From assembly GCA_020137815.1 (NCBI GenBank), contig CM035353.1:5208001-5272000 (forward strand): DNA of 64,000 nt. Direction: 5' to 3'. This document shows, one piece after another, positions 48,655 through 60,859 of the stretch. The notes beneath the pieces were generated by a model. The model saw only the letters and a list, made by a program, of their open reading frames with translations. It was not told the origin of the DNA and made no database searches. Source of the stretch: Hormiphora californensis. Its lineage: Eukaryota; Animalia; Ctenophora. A program made the position numbers and the translations under genes. Position 1 is the stretch's first letter. The number at the start of each line of letters is the position of its first letter.

Positions 48655-51649
48655 TATGTCTAAGAAAACAATCCCAAAGAAATCAAAGAAAGGAAATATC
48701 TGAAGTAATGATGATCATACACCAAAGACAAATAAGATAAATGGTAATTTAACTTGGTCGTCGGACGTCGATACGTGTTTTAGGTTTTCAGTCCTCCCTA
48801 ACCATGAGGAGAAGTATTTGAGAGAAAGTTTAGGGATGTCCAGTGTCCAGGCAGCACACCCGATCAACGAAACCCCGAAACTCCATATAATTTTTTTTCA
48901 TGTCTCTGAATACATTCAGCGTTGTGGTAGGGGATTGGGAGAGTACTATTAATTTATTCATACTTTTACATTACACTTTTACTGACCGATATCGATTGGC
49001 CATATCTAATTGGCTGCAAGTCAGTAGCATCATCTGAGGGAAATGAAATGAGTTACTTATTGTATTGGCAGTAAATAGGTCAAAATGGCTCACTGAGGGA
49101 AAGAGAAAAGACAAAAGTCGTATGGACGCTAAAAAGGTACTTCTATGGTATCTAACTCCAAGTGCACGGTGGTCGGTGCACCTCATGAACCGATGCACCT
49201 TCAATGTGGGCCTCAACATTTAGTAATATATATCTAGATTTTTCATTGCCGTGTACGGGAGTTGGGAGTGCATAAAATAATACAGCCATGTAGACAACGA
49301 TTGTGAAGTTTTCTTCACCTACCGGATGCAGAATATGAGACGACTTCATTTCCTCTTCATATCTTATACAGGTTAGAAAAGCATTCGCTGTCCTCAAATA
49401 TAGCTATTGTCATTTCTTCAGCAGCTAAATGAGAGTCAAATGTCAATTGTCAATCAATATTACCATTTCCAAACTGTTACCTCAACCTGACTGTGACCGG
49501 AAAAATAAGACATTTTTCACCGTAGCCACCCTAAATCTTATCCAATCGATATGAAACTTGGTCAGTATGTGCATCTTGATGTCCTTTGGCCAGAGGCTCC
49601 CAAGAAACGGATTGGCAAGATGAGATCGACCGGAGTTCTTAAAATTTCACGAAGTTTGAGGTTTTTCGTCGATTTTGGGAAAAATTTACAAAATGCGAAG
49701 CAAGAAAAAAATTTTCGTTGAAATTTTAACTTTAACACTGCGCGCGCAAACAGAAATTCGCGCGCCACATTTTGCAGTGAATTTAATTTTAAACCGCCGC
49801 GAAGCAGGTGTTTTTGACACGTCTGTCACTGCACCTGTGAAATTTTTTGAAAATTCGTTTTAGTCAGGAAGTAAGTTAGGGCGCGGTCATGACCAAAGAA
49901 GGGATGGTCGGACCGCCCTAAAACCGGTTTGGTAACAACCATGATTTTAGAAGTTGCCTCATTTTGATTATGTATCTACAACTCTGGCTCATGCAACTCT
50001 ATAGCTCTGGCTCATAGAATCCATGAGCCAGAGTTGTATGTCAGGCTGCAACTCTGGCTCATGGATTTTAATAGAGTATACTGTATAGGATTTTAATAGA
50101 TTATAGGGCCCGCATCCATCATGGCATCAGTCATGATTTCATGAAGCTACTTAGTGGATTTCTACTTTTGCCATAGAGATTAGAGGCTGATTTTGCATTT
50201 CTTTGTTGCCTCAAAACTCAAATCCCACCACGGTCGAAATTAACAGCTCTGAGCTCACAAACAAAACCATCACAAATAGGCAATCATGAAAATATAATGA
50301 ACTAATTCACAAATATAATGAGCATACTCACAAATATAATGAACATGCTCATGTATAAATAATGCTCCTTGCTCCCAGAATATCACTTGTTGGGAATTCC
50401 AATGCAACAGGCATGGAGCCCTTCTTTATTTTTATCAGTATTGTTATTCTTGCTGCTTCTATTCCAGGTAATAGATAAAAAAAATTAAAAGTCTCCAATT
50501 CTTTCAATAATAAGTTAGATTACAACTGAGTGGACCGAATCAGAATTGGACAAGTTTGTAGTAAAGAATAGCTATCTAGTAGGGTCGGCTAAGCTATGGG
50601 AAATTTCAGGTCGATCGGAGCTGAGATATATAAAACCTAGTGGGGCCACATCCTGGCCCCACCCCGTTCTAGGGTTATTAGGCTTTTTCGGTTTCCCGCC
50701 AAAATATTTTCCCGCCAAAACCGAAAAAGCCGACCCTACTATTACTAATCTGAGATAATTTTGTTATGTTGGGAGAATTCCTGCTGCATCAACATTTATC
50801 AAACAGGATAGAAACAATCCTTGTGTTTTACTGACACATTCTTTGAATTTTTAATGTGCTAACTTGCAATTTTCATTGTTCTGCTTCTGTGCACGGACAT
50901 GTCAACCTCACTGCTAATAGTTAGTAAGCATTCTAGTAAAACACAAGGATTGTTTCTCTCATGTTTGATAAATATTGATGCAGCAGGAATTCTCCCAACA
51001 TAACAAAAATATCTCAGTGTTGGGTTGCCAGGTTAGACTGTTTGTACAAAACAAGTGTTGGGTGGGTCGATTTTGAGCGGCAAAAACGCAAAATGCTCGG
51101 AGAGCTAATTATAATCTCTACTACCTACAACAAACTTGTCCAATTCTGATTCGGTCCACTCTCACTTTATGTATAAATTGATCCGATCATAACTTGTCTC
51201 CCTTAAGGATTCTTTGGCAATGCGTTAGTACTGAAGTTCTACTTGAATACCAGGAACCGCATAGTTTCTGTAATGTTCATACTCCTCGCATCGGCCAACA
51301 TATTAGTGTGCATTATTGGATTTTGCCAGGTGAGTTATAGCATGAACTTGATCTGGGTATAGAAAGTTTAATTTTGGAGGTTATATAATATCTCGTTAGG
51401 CTATATATATCTCGTTATACCTTGTGTATCCTTGTCACTTTAGCAGGCCCCTCTGTGGAAGTTAGCCGTTTTTTAATTTTTATGTCCGTTTTCCCCCACC
51501 AGGTGGTATCGTTTATGACCCACTACGATTTCGTGTATTCCGATGTTTATTATAGGAGTTTCCATCGTCAAAACAGTAAATTGGACAAAGATATGTTCAT
51601 GATAGCCCATAATACAGCCTTGATGTATGTTGTAAAACTTGCTCGATCA

Positions 51650-51736
<87 letters not shown>

Positions 51737-54455
51737 TGGGGGGGGGGGGAGCACTTGCAGTAAACTGTATACTTCTCTGACAGACACCGAAGCTAATAAA
51801 ACGAAGTAGGAACACCGTTCTTATACGTTGCACATTCCTCTATGCAGGCTACTTACCAAGGTTGAAAACACGATCAACACTGCTTTGAGTGTCTCCAGGG
51901 CTATCAACATCTACCAGCCTTTTTACAGGTAGGCAGCTTAATTAGTTCTTTCTCTCTGTCTGATCTGTCTCTCTGTCTCTCTGTCTCTCTGTCTCTCTGT
52001 CTCTGTCTCTGTCTCTGTCTGTCTCTGTCTCTGTCTCTGTCTCTGTCTCTGTCTCACTCTCACTCTCTCTCTCTCCCCTAAAACTTTGCAACTATCAAAT
52101 TCAACTTTCAAATATAGAATTCCAGTGAAACCAGTCCTGGCAATATTTACCGGTTGTCTGATATTCCAAATCCTTGAGACGGTGTTCACCGTGATCTCCC
52201 ACATCAAATCAAGGGTATATACCAACCGCTGTGTTATCACGTTTGACACTTATCTTAAGTTGCTAATTAAGATGGTGGGTTAGGGTTATTGATTTACTGA
52301 ACTCGGGGGAATAATTTTTACACGATAAATCAATGATCTGGGGAATCGAGGTTTGACTGTATTATTACTAAAACATCTTTTTGAATTTTAATTATATCTT
52401 CCATCCGCAGCCAAAATTTTGCATATCTGTGAACGACTGCCAGCCGGTGGAAGTGAATCCTTTAAGGTTCCTTCTACTAACTACGATACCAATGTCGATA
52501 ATGGCAACACTGGCCTTTGGATCTCTCATTTTTTTGTAAGCACTCTGTCAGAGCATTGGGTCACCACACACCAAAGTTAAAATTAAAATTAAAATTTGAC
52601 GTTTTTGGTCATAACTCTGCCATTTCTTGGCAAAATTGCTTCATTTTGGGCTTGTTGGAAAGAGGGCATCGAGCCCGTTCTGAACAGCCCAAGAAACTTG
52701 AAATCGGCGCAAAGTGCGCGGCGTTACAGTGCAAAATGTATGTGTTAAAATTTTAAAATTTTAACGCGCACATTATGCGCCTTAACGCTGCGCACTTTGC
52801 GCCGATTTCAAGTTTCTTGGGCTGTTCAGAACGGGCTCGATGCCCTCTTTCCAACAAGCCCAAAATGAAGTAATTTTGCCAAAAAATGGCAGAGTTATGA
52901 CCAAAAACGTCAAATTTTAATTTTAATTTTAACTTTAGTGTGTGGTGACCCTTGACCTGACAGTAAGAACTATAGTTAAAACTAAAACACAGATGGTTTA
53001 GTTTTTTATATTCAGAATGATCGTCGATTGAAGCTATATATATCCGTTCACAGGTTGTTGGTATGATGATATACGCGAAAAAGAGCGTCTGTAATGTGGG
53101 ACAGCGACAGAGGCACCAAACAGTAACCATTCTGGCAATCTTGGCGGTAACTTTAGTGTAATTTTATACCGCGGCGATGCGTAAAATTAAGTTGGAGAGA
53201 GAATTATTTTTTTAGTTGCCTTGCTCATCGTGAGCAAAACAAAGTAAACACCAAGTCAACGGCAGGAGTCAGTTGAAAGTCGTCGTAAATTTTCCACTCC
53301 AAGTTTATAGAATTACCCAAGGATCGGTGTTCAAATACAAGCTAGGAGGACAACTGCAAGTACACAACTGTGGGTGCATGCAATTATGACCGTTTGAAAT
53401 CTGATGACGGTCCAGTGTCCACTGGGCCCAAGATATATGAGGCATAAACTCTGGCCACTGGCACGTTATTTCAGATACCTTTCTCCCAGCGCGCCGCTGG
53501 GAGAAGGTAGCTGTAGTTTATCCGCCAGTGGCGGATAAACTGGTTTAAATCACGACGACGATCCTGAGGCGTAGCCGAGGGAGAGGCGGAGGGGTTTAAA
53601 CCAATAACGTGCCATTGGTCAGAGTTTATGGGTTATATACCCTGCTTTAGTTGTTTATTTCAAGTATTACACACCAACAAGAGAAAGAACACTAATCAAA
53701 ACACACAAAGAGAACTGAGAAACAGTCAAAAACATCTCTAAATTGAGTGTATATTGTTTGGTAACAGTTACTAAGGAGAGAGAGAAAGAAATAACAAGAT
53801 ATGGGGCATGCCAGACATAACACAGAGGAATTGAGATAGTGAAACAAAAGGGGAGATAAAGAGAGAGAAATTGACGGAATGTGTTGTTTCTTTCTCTCCA
53901 ATGCAGTGTGTAACTCTTGCAAACAGTGTTCCCTCTGTATTTCAGTAAGAACTGATCATTTACACACACTTTGAATGTAACATAGGAGTTAATAATAAAC
54001 AGCCAGCCAGTGGGAAATAATCTGCCGCTGGACTGGCTGTATATTGAGAGCGCGCCAGTGGGACTTCTCGCCGCTGGCGGGTTATTTAAGTTAGCAGGGT
54101 ATATAGTACATAACGTTCTGCACGCAGTGCAAGCGCGCCATATACGCTCTGCACTGCAGAGCGTATATGGAGGTGAAATGCACGACAGCGCAGCTGGAGT
54201 GCATTTCACACCTATATTGCACGAGTGTAACGAGTGCGATATAGGAGCGCTTGCACATGCCGTGCAGGACGTTATTGAGTATATATTCCGCGAGAAAGCA
54301 CATGACAAGCAAAACAATCATAATTTTGGGTGATTACACACAGAGAGATGTGACAAAACAAGGTACAAACTAAGCAAAAATACACAAAAATACACTTTTA
54401 CACCTGTTACACACAAGGGAACTCGTTCTGTTAGTTTTAATTAGTGAAAAGAAGA

Positions 54456-54657
54456 GAACTTGGAACGCAACGACTTCAGATTTTGGTTTGGGTAAAAAGA
54501 TAGTTTCGAATATATTTTAGGAATCTTGAATATCTGGGTTCCCACGCATTCCAACATAGCCTGCATGGGTGATGGAATGCGCGTCACATGAACCTCGCAC
54601 AGCAGTGCTCACTCCCGTTTACCGCGCTCAGCCTCTGCTAGTTAAATAGATACAACA
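54456..54657 (-). repeat. 3' LTR (202 bp, last 11 nt missing)
   Basis: Identical to the 5' LTR except that the terminal CTGATAAAACA is absent. Confidence 0.9.
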
Positions 54658-54684
54658 CCCCTCCGTCGTAAAAATGTGACCGTT

Positions 54685-57600
54685 CTACCCGGGCACAAAT
54701 CTCTCTGGCTCACGTCTCTCTCTAATAGATCTCCTTGGGATAGAGGAAGGAGACGTAACAGATGGGCCCTGGCTTCTCTCATTCACACTCACCGGACTGG
54801 GTTCGGGCTGGGGTACAGAGAAGGTCAGGGTAGGGAAATGAGGGGTTACAGGGTCTGAGATTGGGGTTAAATTCACGGGTTTGCTTACCTTAGATCTGTC
54901 GATCACGTGATCGACATGTCTTCTACCTGCAGTTTTGAGTTGTATCACAGACGGACTCACTATTGATTCCACAGTATCTGGAATCCATTTCCCTTTGTTG
55001 ATGTCTCGATAGTAAACTTCTTGACCAGTTTCAAACTCCCGTTGAGGTGCTCTTGTGTTGTGTAGTATGGGTTCTGAGACAGGTGTATACAACGGGTTCA
55101 CTGCAGCTAGTGGAGTCCTTAGTTTCCTCCCAACAAACCTCTCGGCAGGAGTAGATCCGTCCCCGTGTATAGGTGTGTTGTTATGTTGTAAAATCCACTC
55201 ATCTAAACACACTCCTTTCTTGAATGCCCTCTTTACCTTGTCTACATAACACTCTGCTAGACCGTTACTCCTCTGATTATACGGTGGACTTTTAGGGTGG
55301 TGCACTCCTCGTTCCTGTAGCCATGCTTCTGTCTCTTCACTTATCAGCTGTGGTCCATTGTCTGTAACTAGGATGTCCGGTAACCCCCAGTTTTGAAATT
55401 GGCGGGTGAGGACTCTGATAATTGCAGAAGAGGTGGTGGAACTCACTGGTATCACATCTATCCAATTGCTGTATGAGTCAACGATGAGAAAGAAGTCCTT
55501 TCCTTCCCATTGGAATAGGTCAGCGTGAGCTCTCTCCCATGCTGTCCTAGAGGCGGGCCACGGTTGCACTGTGTAAGAAGGCAGTTTCGATGCTTCAACA
55601 CAGTTCTGACAGCTCTTACAACGCTCCTCTAATGTACTGTCTATTCCTGGCCACCAAACATAGCCTCTAGCAATCCTCTTCGAATACTCAATGCCGGGGT
55701 GTGCTGAGTGAATCTGTTCTACAACACGCTCTTGAATTGTCTCAGGTACACAGACACGATGTCCCCACATAACACACCCGAGATTAACAGTTAATTGTCC
55801 TTGAGATAGACGAGAAAGGTAAGGTGATAACTTCTTGTCCTTGTTGTGTTGTGGAGCTGGAGATCCTTGCCTGATGAGTGCTAGTATCTGGGATAGGATA
55901 GGGTCCTTCTTAGTCTCCTTTGCGATATCGGTAGCGCTCGTTCTCCACTTCACAGAATTACCTAGGAATAGACATGTTAGTTCTTCATCACAAACACAGG
56001 TTAATGGGTTATCACAACAATCTTTCAACATGTCTACCTCTTCCCCTGTACTACCCTGCCCCTTCACTAACCTGGATAGCACATCAGCGTGCGGTACCTG
56101 TTCATAGTTGATGGAGTAGCAGTAGTTCTGGAGAATTATAGCCCACCTGGCTATCCTGCTGACGGTCATGACTGGTAGGTTCTTCTCCGGAGAAAAGATG
56201 AACTGTAGAGCCCGGTGATCTGTCTTGATCTCAAATTCACGTCCGTATAGATACCGGTGGAATCTCTTCACTGCCCAAACAATTGCTAGTGCTTCCTTCT
56301 CCACCATACTATACCGCGTTTCAGCTCCTGTCAGTTTCCTGCTGATAAACTCAACAGGGTGCAAACCCTCTTCTCCTGGGTGACTCATCACTGCACCGAG
56401 AGCATAGGAAGACGCATCTGTTGCCAGTACCACCTGTTTCCTCTGATCATAGGGAACAAGGTTGGGAGGTTGGGTTAGTTTATCCTTGATCAGGTCAAAA
56501 CTCTTCTGATGCTGTGCCTCCCACTTGAAATCCTTCTTCTCCAGGTCCAGTAGCGGCTGGATAACCTCCGAGAAATGTGGTACAAAACGTCTGTAATAGC
56601 TTGCCGCCCCTATAAAACTTCGTAACTGCTGATAGTTATCGGGTGGTGGCATGGTTGACAGTGCTTTTGTTCTCTCCTCAATTGGGACAATACCATGTGG
56701 TGTCAGTTTATAACCCAGGTACTCAACTGTGTCGACCATAACATGACACTTGTCTCTCCGACATTTCAGTCCACTTCGAGAGAGACGGTTAACAACCTCA
56801 CGTACTCTCTCCATGTGCTCCTCTACAGTGGGAGCGGTGATGATAATATCATCCACCCGACATCTGGTACCAGGTATTTGTCCAATAATGTGATCCATGG
56901 TCCTCTGCCAAATTCCTCCAGCTGAACTCACACCAAATGGTAATCTCACCGGAGCAAACAATCCCCTGTGTGTGTTAACACATAACTTGAGCTGGTCCTC
57001 TTCACACAATACCAGTGAATTGTAGGCCTGCTTTACATCAAGCTTGGTATACAGTCCGGTATGCATTCCTTCTAAACATTCCTCTAACCCTGGTATGGGG
57101 TAAACTGTACAATCCAGTGAAGGGTTCACTCCACTTTTATAATCACCACACAATCGTACCGTTGAATCTGATTTCCGCACTGGAACCATCGGTGATGCCC
57201 AGGCAGAAGAATTGATGGGTCTCCACGTCCCCTCAGCTACCAAACGGTCAATTTCTGTATCAACCTGCTGTTTGATGCTAAAAGGAATGTCACGAGCCCT
57301 GTGGAATTTAGGAATGGCCTGTGCCTTCCAATCGAGAGAGATTACCCCCTCTACAGTACCGACTCCCTCAGTAAAGCAATTATACCCGAAAACCTCTTCC
57401 CGGAACTTACTATAGGGGTCGTTGGATGTACAGGAATCGATGCTGCACACCTTGATGGCACTGAACTGGTTCCACAAATCAGGGTAAAGAACTTTCATCC
57501 ATGATCTACCTAGTAGAGATGGAGTCCTCTTGTTATCTGTCACGAACAACGGTAATCTGTAACGGCTTGGTGTGTTAGCTTTGGGACCCCCGCCCTTACG

Positions 57601-58677
57601 GGACGGGGTTTGGGGAAGGGTTGGGCACGGGGTTTGGGGATGGGTACGAGGCTGACTCACTGCACACACACTGACCCACACCTTTCTAGCTTGCTCCCTC
57701 TCTCCGTTAGCAACTCTAAAACTGATAACTTCATCGCTCTCTATCTCGCATGTGCTCAAATCATTGTCTACATCAAATTCACATTCATTCAATAACTTTG
57801 AGACTTTGTTAGCTTGTATCAGTGTGATCTCGCTCCCCGTGTCCACTTGCATCCTCTTCTTCGTAGTCTGTGATCCTCGTGTCATCTCTATCTCCACTGT
57901 AACTGGATCAGGAGTGTGAACTTCAATCTCCGTCGCCGATACTGCTGCCGGCTCTGTTCGTTTTCTCGATCGGCACTGTTTCGCTATGTGCCCTCTCTTG
58001 CCACAGTTTCTACACTCAGTTGTGCAGTTGGCAGATGTGTGTCCTCGTAGTGTGCACCTGGAGCATTTGTTGTTGTTCCTCTGTGCCTGGACTTGCGTTG
58101 GTCTGGATCCCCTCCCGGAACTCTGGGTTGCGTTTACTGATGTTGACTGATATGCTGGGTGCTTCACTGCAGCCACTTCAGCCAGGGTCTGTACTTTGGC
58201 CAATGCGTCGGCACACGTAATCTTCTCTCCAGCCTCCGCAATCGCTGCTTTAGCCTTCTCAGATTTTAGACCCATCATGAACCTATCTCGAACTAGGAAT
58301 TCCATGGTATCTTTCGGGAAGTGGCACATTCTCGCCTGCCTTTGTAATCTCGTCAGGAACGCAGATGGAAGTTCTGATTGCTGTACCATTCCGTAGAAAG
58401 TCATCCTCTCAAGCATAACTAGCTTTGGGGGATTAATACACGCTCTCAACTGCGCCACCACTTCCTTGTACTCGGTCGTCAGTAGGTCGTCTCCAAATAT
58501 GCTTTTGAGACTGCTGTAACCTGTAGGGCCTATAGTTGCCGCGATGGCGTGGACCCACTTGTCTTTTGGTGTCGAGTTGAACCCCAATGTGAGTTCTAGG
58601 CGTTCAATCCACTCCACGAGTGATTTAGCTGTACCCGCCCAAGGTTCGATTTGCATTCTTTGCATACTCGTCGCCAT
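54685..58677 (-). CDS. Gag-Pol polyprotein (gag with two CCHC knuckles, aspartic protease, RT, RNase H, integrase)
   Basis: 1330 aa. Motifs: CSRCTLRGHTSANC and CRNCGKRGHIAKQC; VDTGSEITLI; WASPMVPVRKSDSTVRLCGDYK, LPFGVSSA, RVDD; LATDASSYALGAV, EKEALAIVWAVKRF, TDH; integrase H..H/CKSC, HADLF, TDNGPQ, AE. Confidence 0.96.
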   Translation of the reverse strand: MATSMQRMQIEPWAGTAKSLVEWIERLELTLGFNSTPKDKWVHAIAATIGPTGYSSLKSIFGDDLLTTEYKEVVAQLRACINPPKLVMLERMTFYGMVQQSELPSAFLTRLQRQARMCHFPKDTMEFLVRDRFMMGLKSEKAKAAIAEAGEKITCADALAKVQTLAEVAAVKHPAYQSTSVNATQSSGRGSRPTQVQAQRNNNKCSRCTLRGHTSANCTTECRNCGKRGHIAKQCRSRKRTEPAAVSATEIEVHTPDPVTVEIEMTRGSQTTKKRMQVDTGSEITLIQANKVSKLLNECEFDVDNDLSTCEIESDEVISFRVANGEREQARKVWVSVCAVSQPRTHPQTPCPTLPQTPSRKGGGPKANTPSRYRLPLFVTDNKRTPSLLGRSWMKVLYPDLWNQFSAIKVCSIDSCTSNDPYSKFREEVFGYNCFTEGVGTVEGVISLDWKAQAIPKFHRARDIPFSIKQQVDTEIDRLVAEGTWRPINSSAWASPMVPVRKSDSTVRLCGDYKSGVNPSLDCTVYPIPGLEECLEGMHTGLYTKLDVKQAYNSLVLCEEDQLKLCVNTHRGLFAPVRLPFGVSSAGGIWQRTMDHIIGQIPGTRCRVDDIIITAPTVEEHMERVREVVNRLSRSGLKCRRDKCHVMVDTVEYLGYKLTPHGIVPIEERTKALSTMPPPDNYQQLRSFIGAASYYRRFVPHFSEVIQPLLDLEKKDFKWEAQHQKSFDLIKDKLTQPPNLVPYDQRKQVVLATDASSYALGAVMSHPGEEGLHPVEFISRKLTGAETRYSMVEKEALAIVWAVKRFHRYLYGREFEIKTDHRALQFIFSPEKNLPVMTVSRIARWAIILQNYCYSINYEQVPHADVLSRLVKGQGSTGEEVDMLKDCCDNPLTCVCDEELTCLFLGNSVKWRTSATDIAKETKKDPILSQILALIRQGSPAPQHNKDKKLSPYLSRLSQGQLTVNLGCVMWGHRVCVPETIQERVVEQIHSAHPGIEYSKRIARGYVWWPGIDSTLEERCKSCQNCVEASKLPSYTVQPWPASRTAWERAHADLFQWEGKDFFLIVDSYSNWIDVIPVSSTTSSAIIRVLTRQFQNWGLPDILVTDNGPQLISEETEAWLQERGVHHPKSPPYNQRSNGLAECYVDKVKRAFKKGVCLDEWILQHNNTPIHGDGSTPAERFVGRKLRTPLAAVNPLYTPVSEPILHNTRAPQREFETGQEVYYRDINKGKWIPDTVESIVSPSVIQLKTAGRRHVDHVIDRSKVSKPVNLTPISDPVTPHFPTLTFSVPQPEPSPVSVNERSQGPSVTSPSSIPRRSIRERREPERFVPG

Positions 58678-58889
58678 GTTTTATCAGGAACTTGGAACGC
58701 AACGACTTCAGATTTTGGTTTGGGTAAAAAGATAGTTTCGAATATATTTTAGGAATCTTGAATATCTGGGTTCCCACGCATTCCAACATAGCCTGCATGG
58801 GTGATGGAATGCGCGTCACATGAACCTCGCACAGCAGTGCTCACTCCCGTTTACCGCGCTCAGCCTCTGCTAGTTAAATAGATACAACA
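58677..58889 (-). repeat. 5' LTR (213 bp, TG...CA)
   Basis: Minus strand reads TGTTG...CTGATAAAACA and is followed immediately by the PBS. Confidence 0.9.
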
Positions 58890-59961
58890 GGATAAAGAGA
58901 GAGATACGAGAGAGGGAGATTGGAATTCTTGGAAATGGTGAACAACAAAACACGATAAGGGGATAATTAGTGAGAGAAAGAGGGAGAGTGAGTGTAATTT
59001 GACAGACTTTGTGTCGCTTGGCACTGTGTCAGTCATATTCTGTGTGTTTGTGTGTGAATAAGGTGTAAAAACACTGAGGGGACACTGTTCTTACTTATAT
59101 CCCGCTACCCCTATATCTGCACGCTCCCGCGGAAGCAGAGTGCATATTTCACCGTGCAAATGGTCGCGCGGAGCGGGAGTGATATGTGCACTCGCGGTAT
59201 ATATATGTCCCCAATAATGTTTAGCTCGTATCGTTTTATACCCCCAGGTCAATCTGTGTAGTTTTTTGATATTTACGATAACATGTGGTGTTACTAGGAA
59301 CCATAAGGTCTTCAAGTTTCTACACGAAAATGAAATACTGTTTCAGGTGAATTGTCTGTCTGTCTCTGTCTCTCTGTCTCTCTTTCTTTCGGTCTCTCGG
59401 TCTCTCTGTCTCTCTGTCTCTCTGTCATGTCTCTCGGTCTCTCTGTCCCTCTGTCCCTCTGTCCCTCTGACTCTCTGACTCTCTGAGTACTCTCTGTCTC
59501 TCTCCTTCCCTCCCTTTCACTCAGGTGGTTTACATGGGAACTAAAATACCGCTGTTCATCGATCTCAACCTCTGCACGCTAATAGTCTTCACTCGGAGCC
59601 AGAATCTACGGCGCATGTTCTGGACTATGATGGAGTCTGTTAGAGGCATCTGCAGTAAAAGAACCATCACTAAAGGTTTAAAATTTTCCGTTTGTTCAAT
59701 CAATAATATGGAAATGGAAATGATTGTTTCTAAAATTATTTCACTTATCAGGCCAAAAGAACAACAATGTAATGGAACTGCGGGAGATGAAACGTACCAA
59801 TAAACAAGATGGGAGCACATCCGGCCAGGATCTGACGGCAGCATCTAAATTCTCTAGACCCCGTGCATCTATTCCAACCATTGAAATCGGCCATCGTCCC
59901 AGCCAGATAGATGGTGAAAGCATCTGATCACAATAGGAGAGTTTCTCGAGCAATACTAGGT

Positions 59962-60859
59962 CATTCGGTAAATATCTGGACAGGTATGTTTGTGAGAGAA
60001 CGGAGCCAGATAGAGCCAAGCGACCTGTTCCAGCGTCTTCCTTGGACATTTTTAGGTTGGACTAGGATGGTGGGAACCTTCGCCTGCTGGCAGTATAATT
60101 GCCTCACGAGCAATATGTTTCAATGCTACTCTAGCTGCCGCTTTATGCTAACTTTTAACTCAATTTTGGACCAATATGACCTACTTCCGGATAATTGGGA
60201 AAGTTTTTAACCCTATATATTGCTTATTAAATGCCTTGAGATACTCCATAAACCTTCCTGAAATTTTTGGATAAAATTTCTAGCATGGGGAAGCGATTTT
60301 CGCTAGATTTGGTAAAGCTGGACTTTAAATTATTTTACAATTGTTGAAAAAAGCCGCCATGAGCCAGGTATCCATTGACCGATCGTAATAAAACTAACGT
60401 AGGACCTAGAAAATTGTATAAGATAACATTTAACGTTGGATTCAAGTCATTTAGACGTTTGGAACGTACAAAAACGGCCATGAAGTGTGCAAGGCGCAAT
60501 TTTGGCAAACATCCAATTTTTAAGGATGAAGATGGAATCTAAACGCTTTAATTATGGTTGCATCATATTCAGGCTTAAAAAGTGATATAGGAACACTGGT
60601 CAAACCTATCATCTGTCACCAATAGAGAAAATGCCATGACATATTCAATCATCCGTAGTGCCACAGTTTTTTCTTGCATAAAGCGGCAGCTAGAGTAGCA
60701 TTGAAACATATTGCTCGTGAGGCAATACTACCAGCAGGCGAAGGTTCCCACCATCCTAGGCCAACCTAAAAATGTCCAAGGAAGACGCTGGAACAGGTCG
60801 CTTGGCTCTATCTGGCTCCGTTCTCTCACAATCATACCTGTCCAGATATTTACCGAATG
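59962..60859. repeat. Inverted repeat with ~185-bp arms
   Basis: 59962-60148 is an imperfect reverse complement of ~60676-60859. Confidence 0.75.

Larger units (their letters stand above)
54456..58889 (-). mobile_element. Near full-length Ty3/Gypsy (Mag-type) LTR retrotransposon with identical LTRs
   Basis: 54456..54657 and 58688..58889 are identical over 202 bp by eye. The minus-strand LTR starts TGTTG, the PBS TGGCGACGAG follows the 5' LTR, the PPT GGAGGGG precedes the 3' LTR, and there is a single gag-pol ORF. Confidence 0.95.

Noticed and set aside
53667-54333. 216-aa and 107-aa ORFs next to the Gypsy 3' LTR considered as an env-like extra gene
   Set aside because: They lie outside the LTRs, partly in a repeat also found at ~20860-21060, and show no recognisable motifs.
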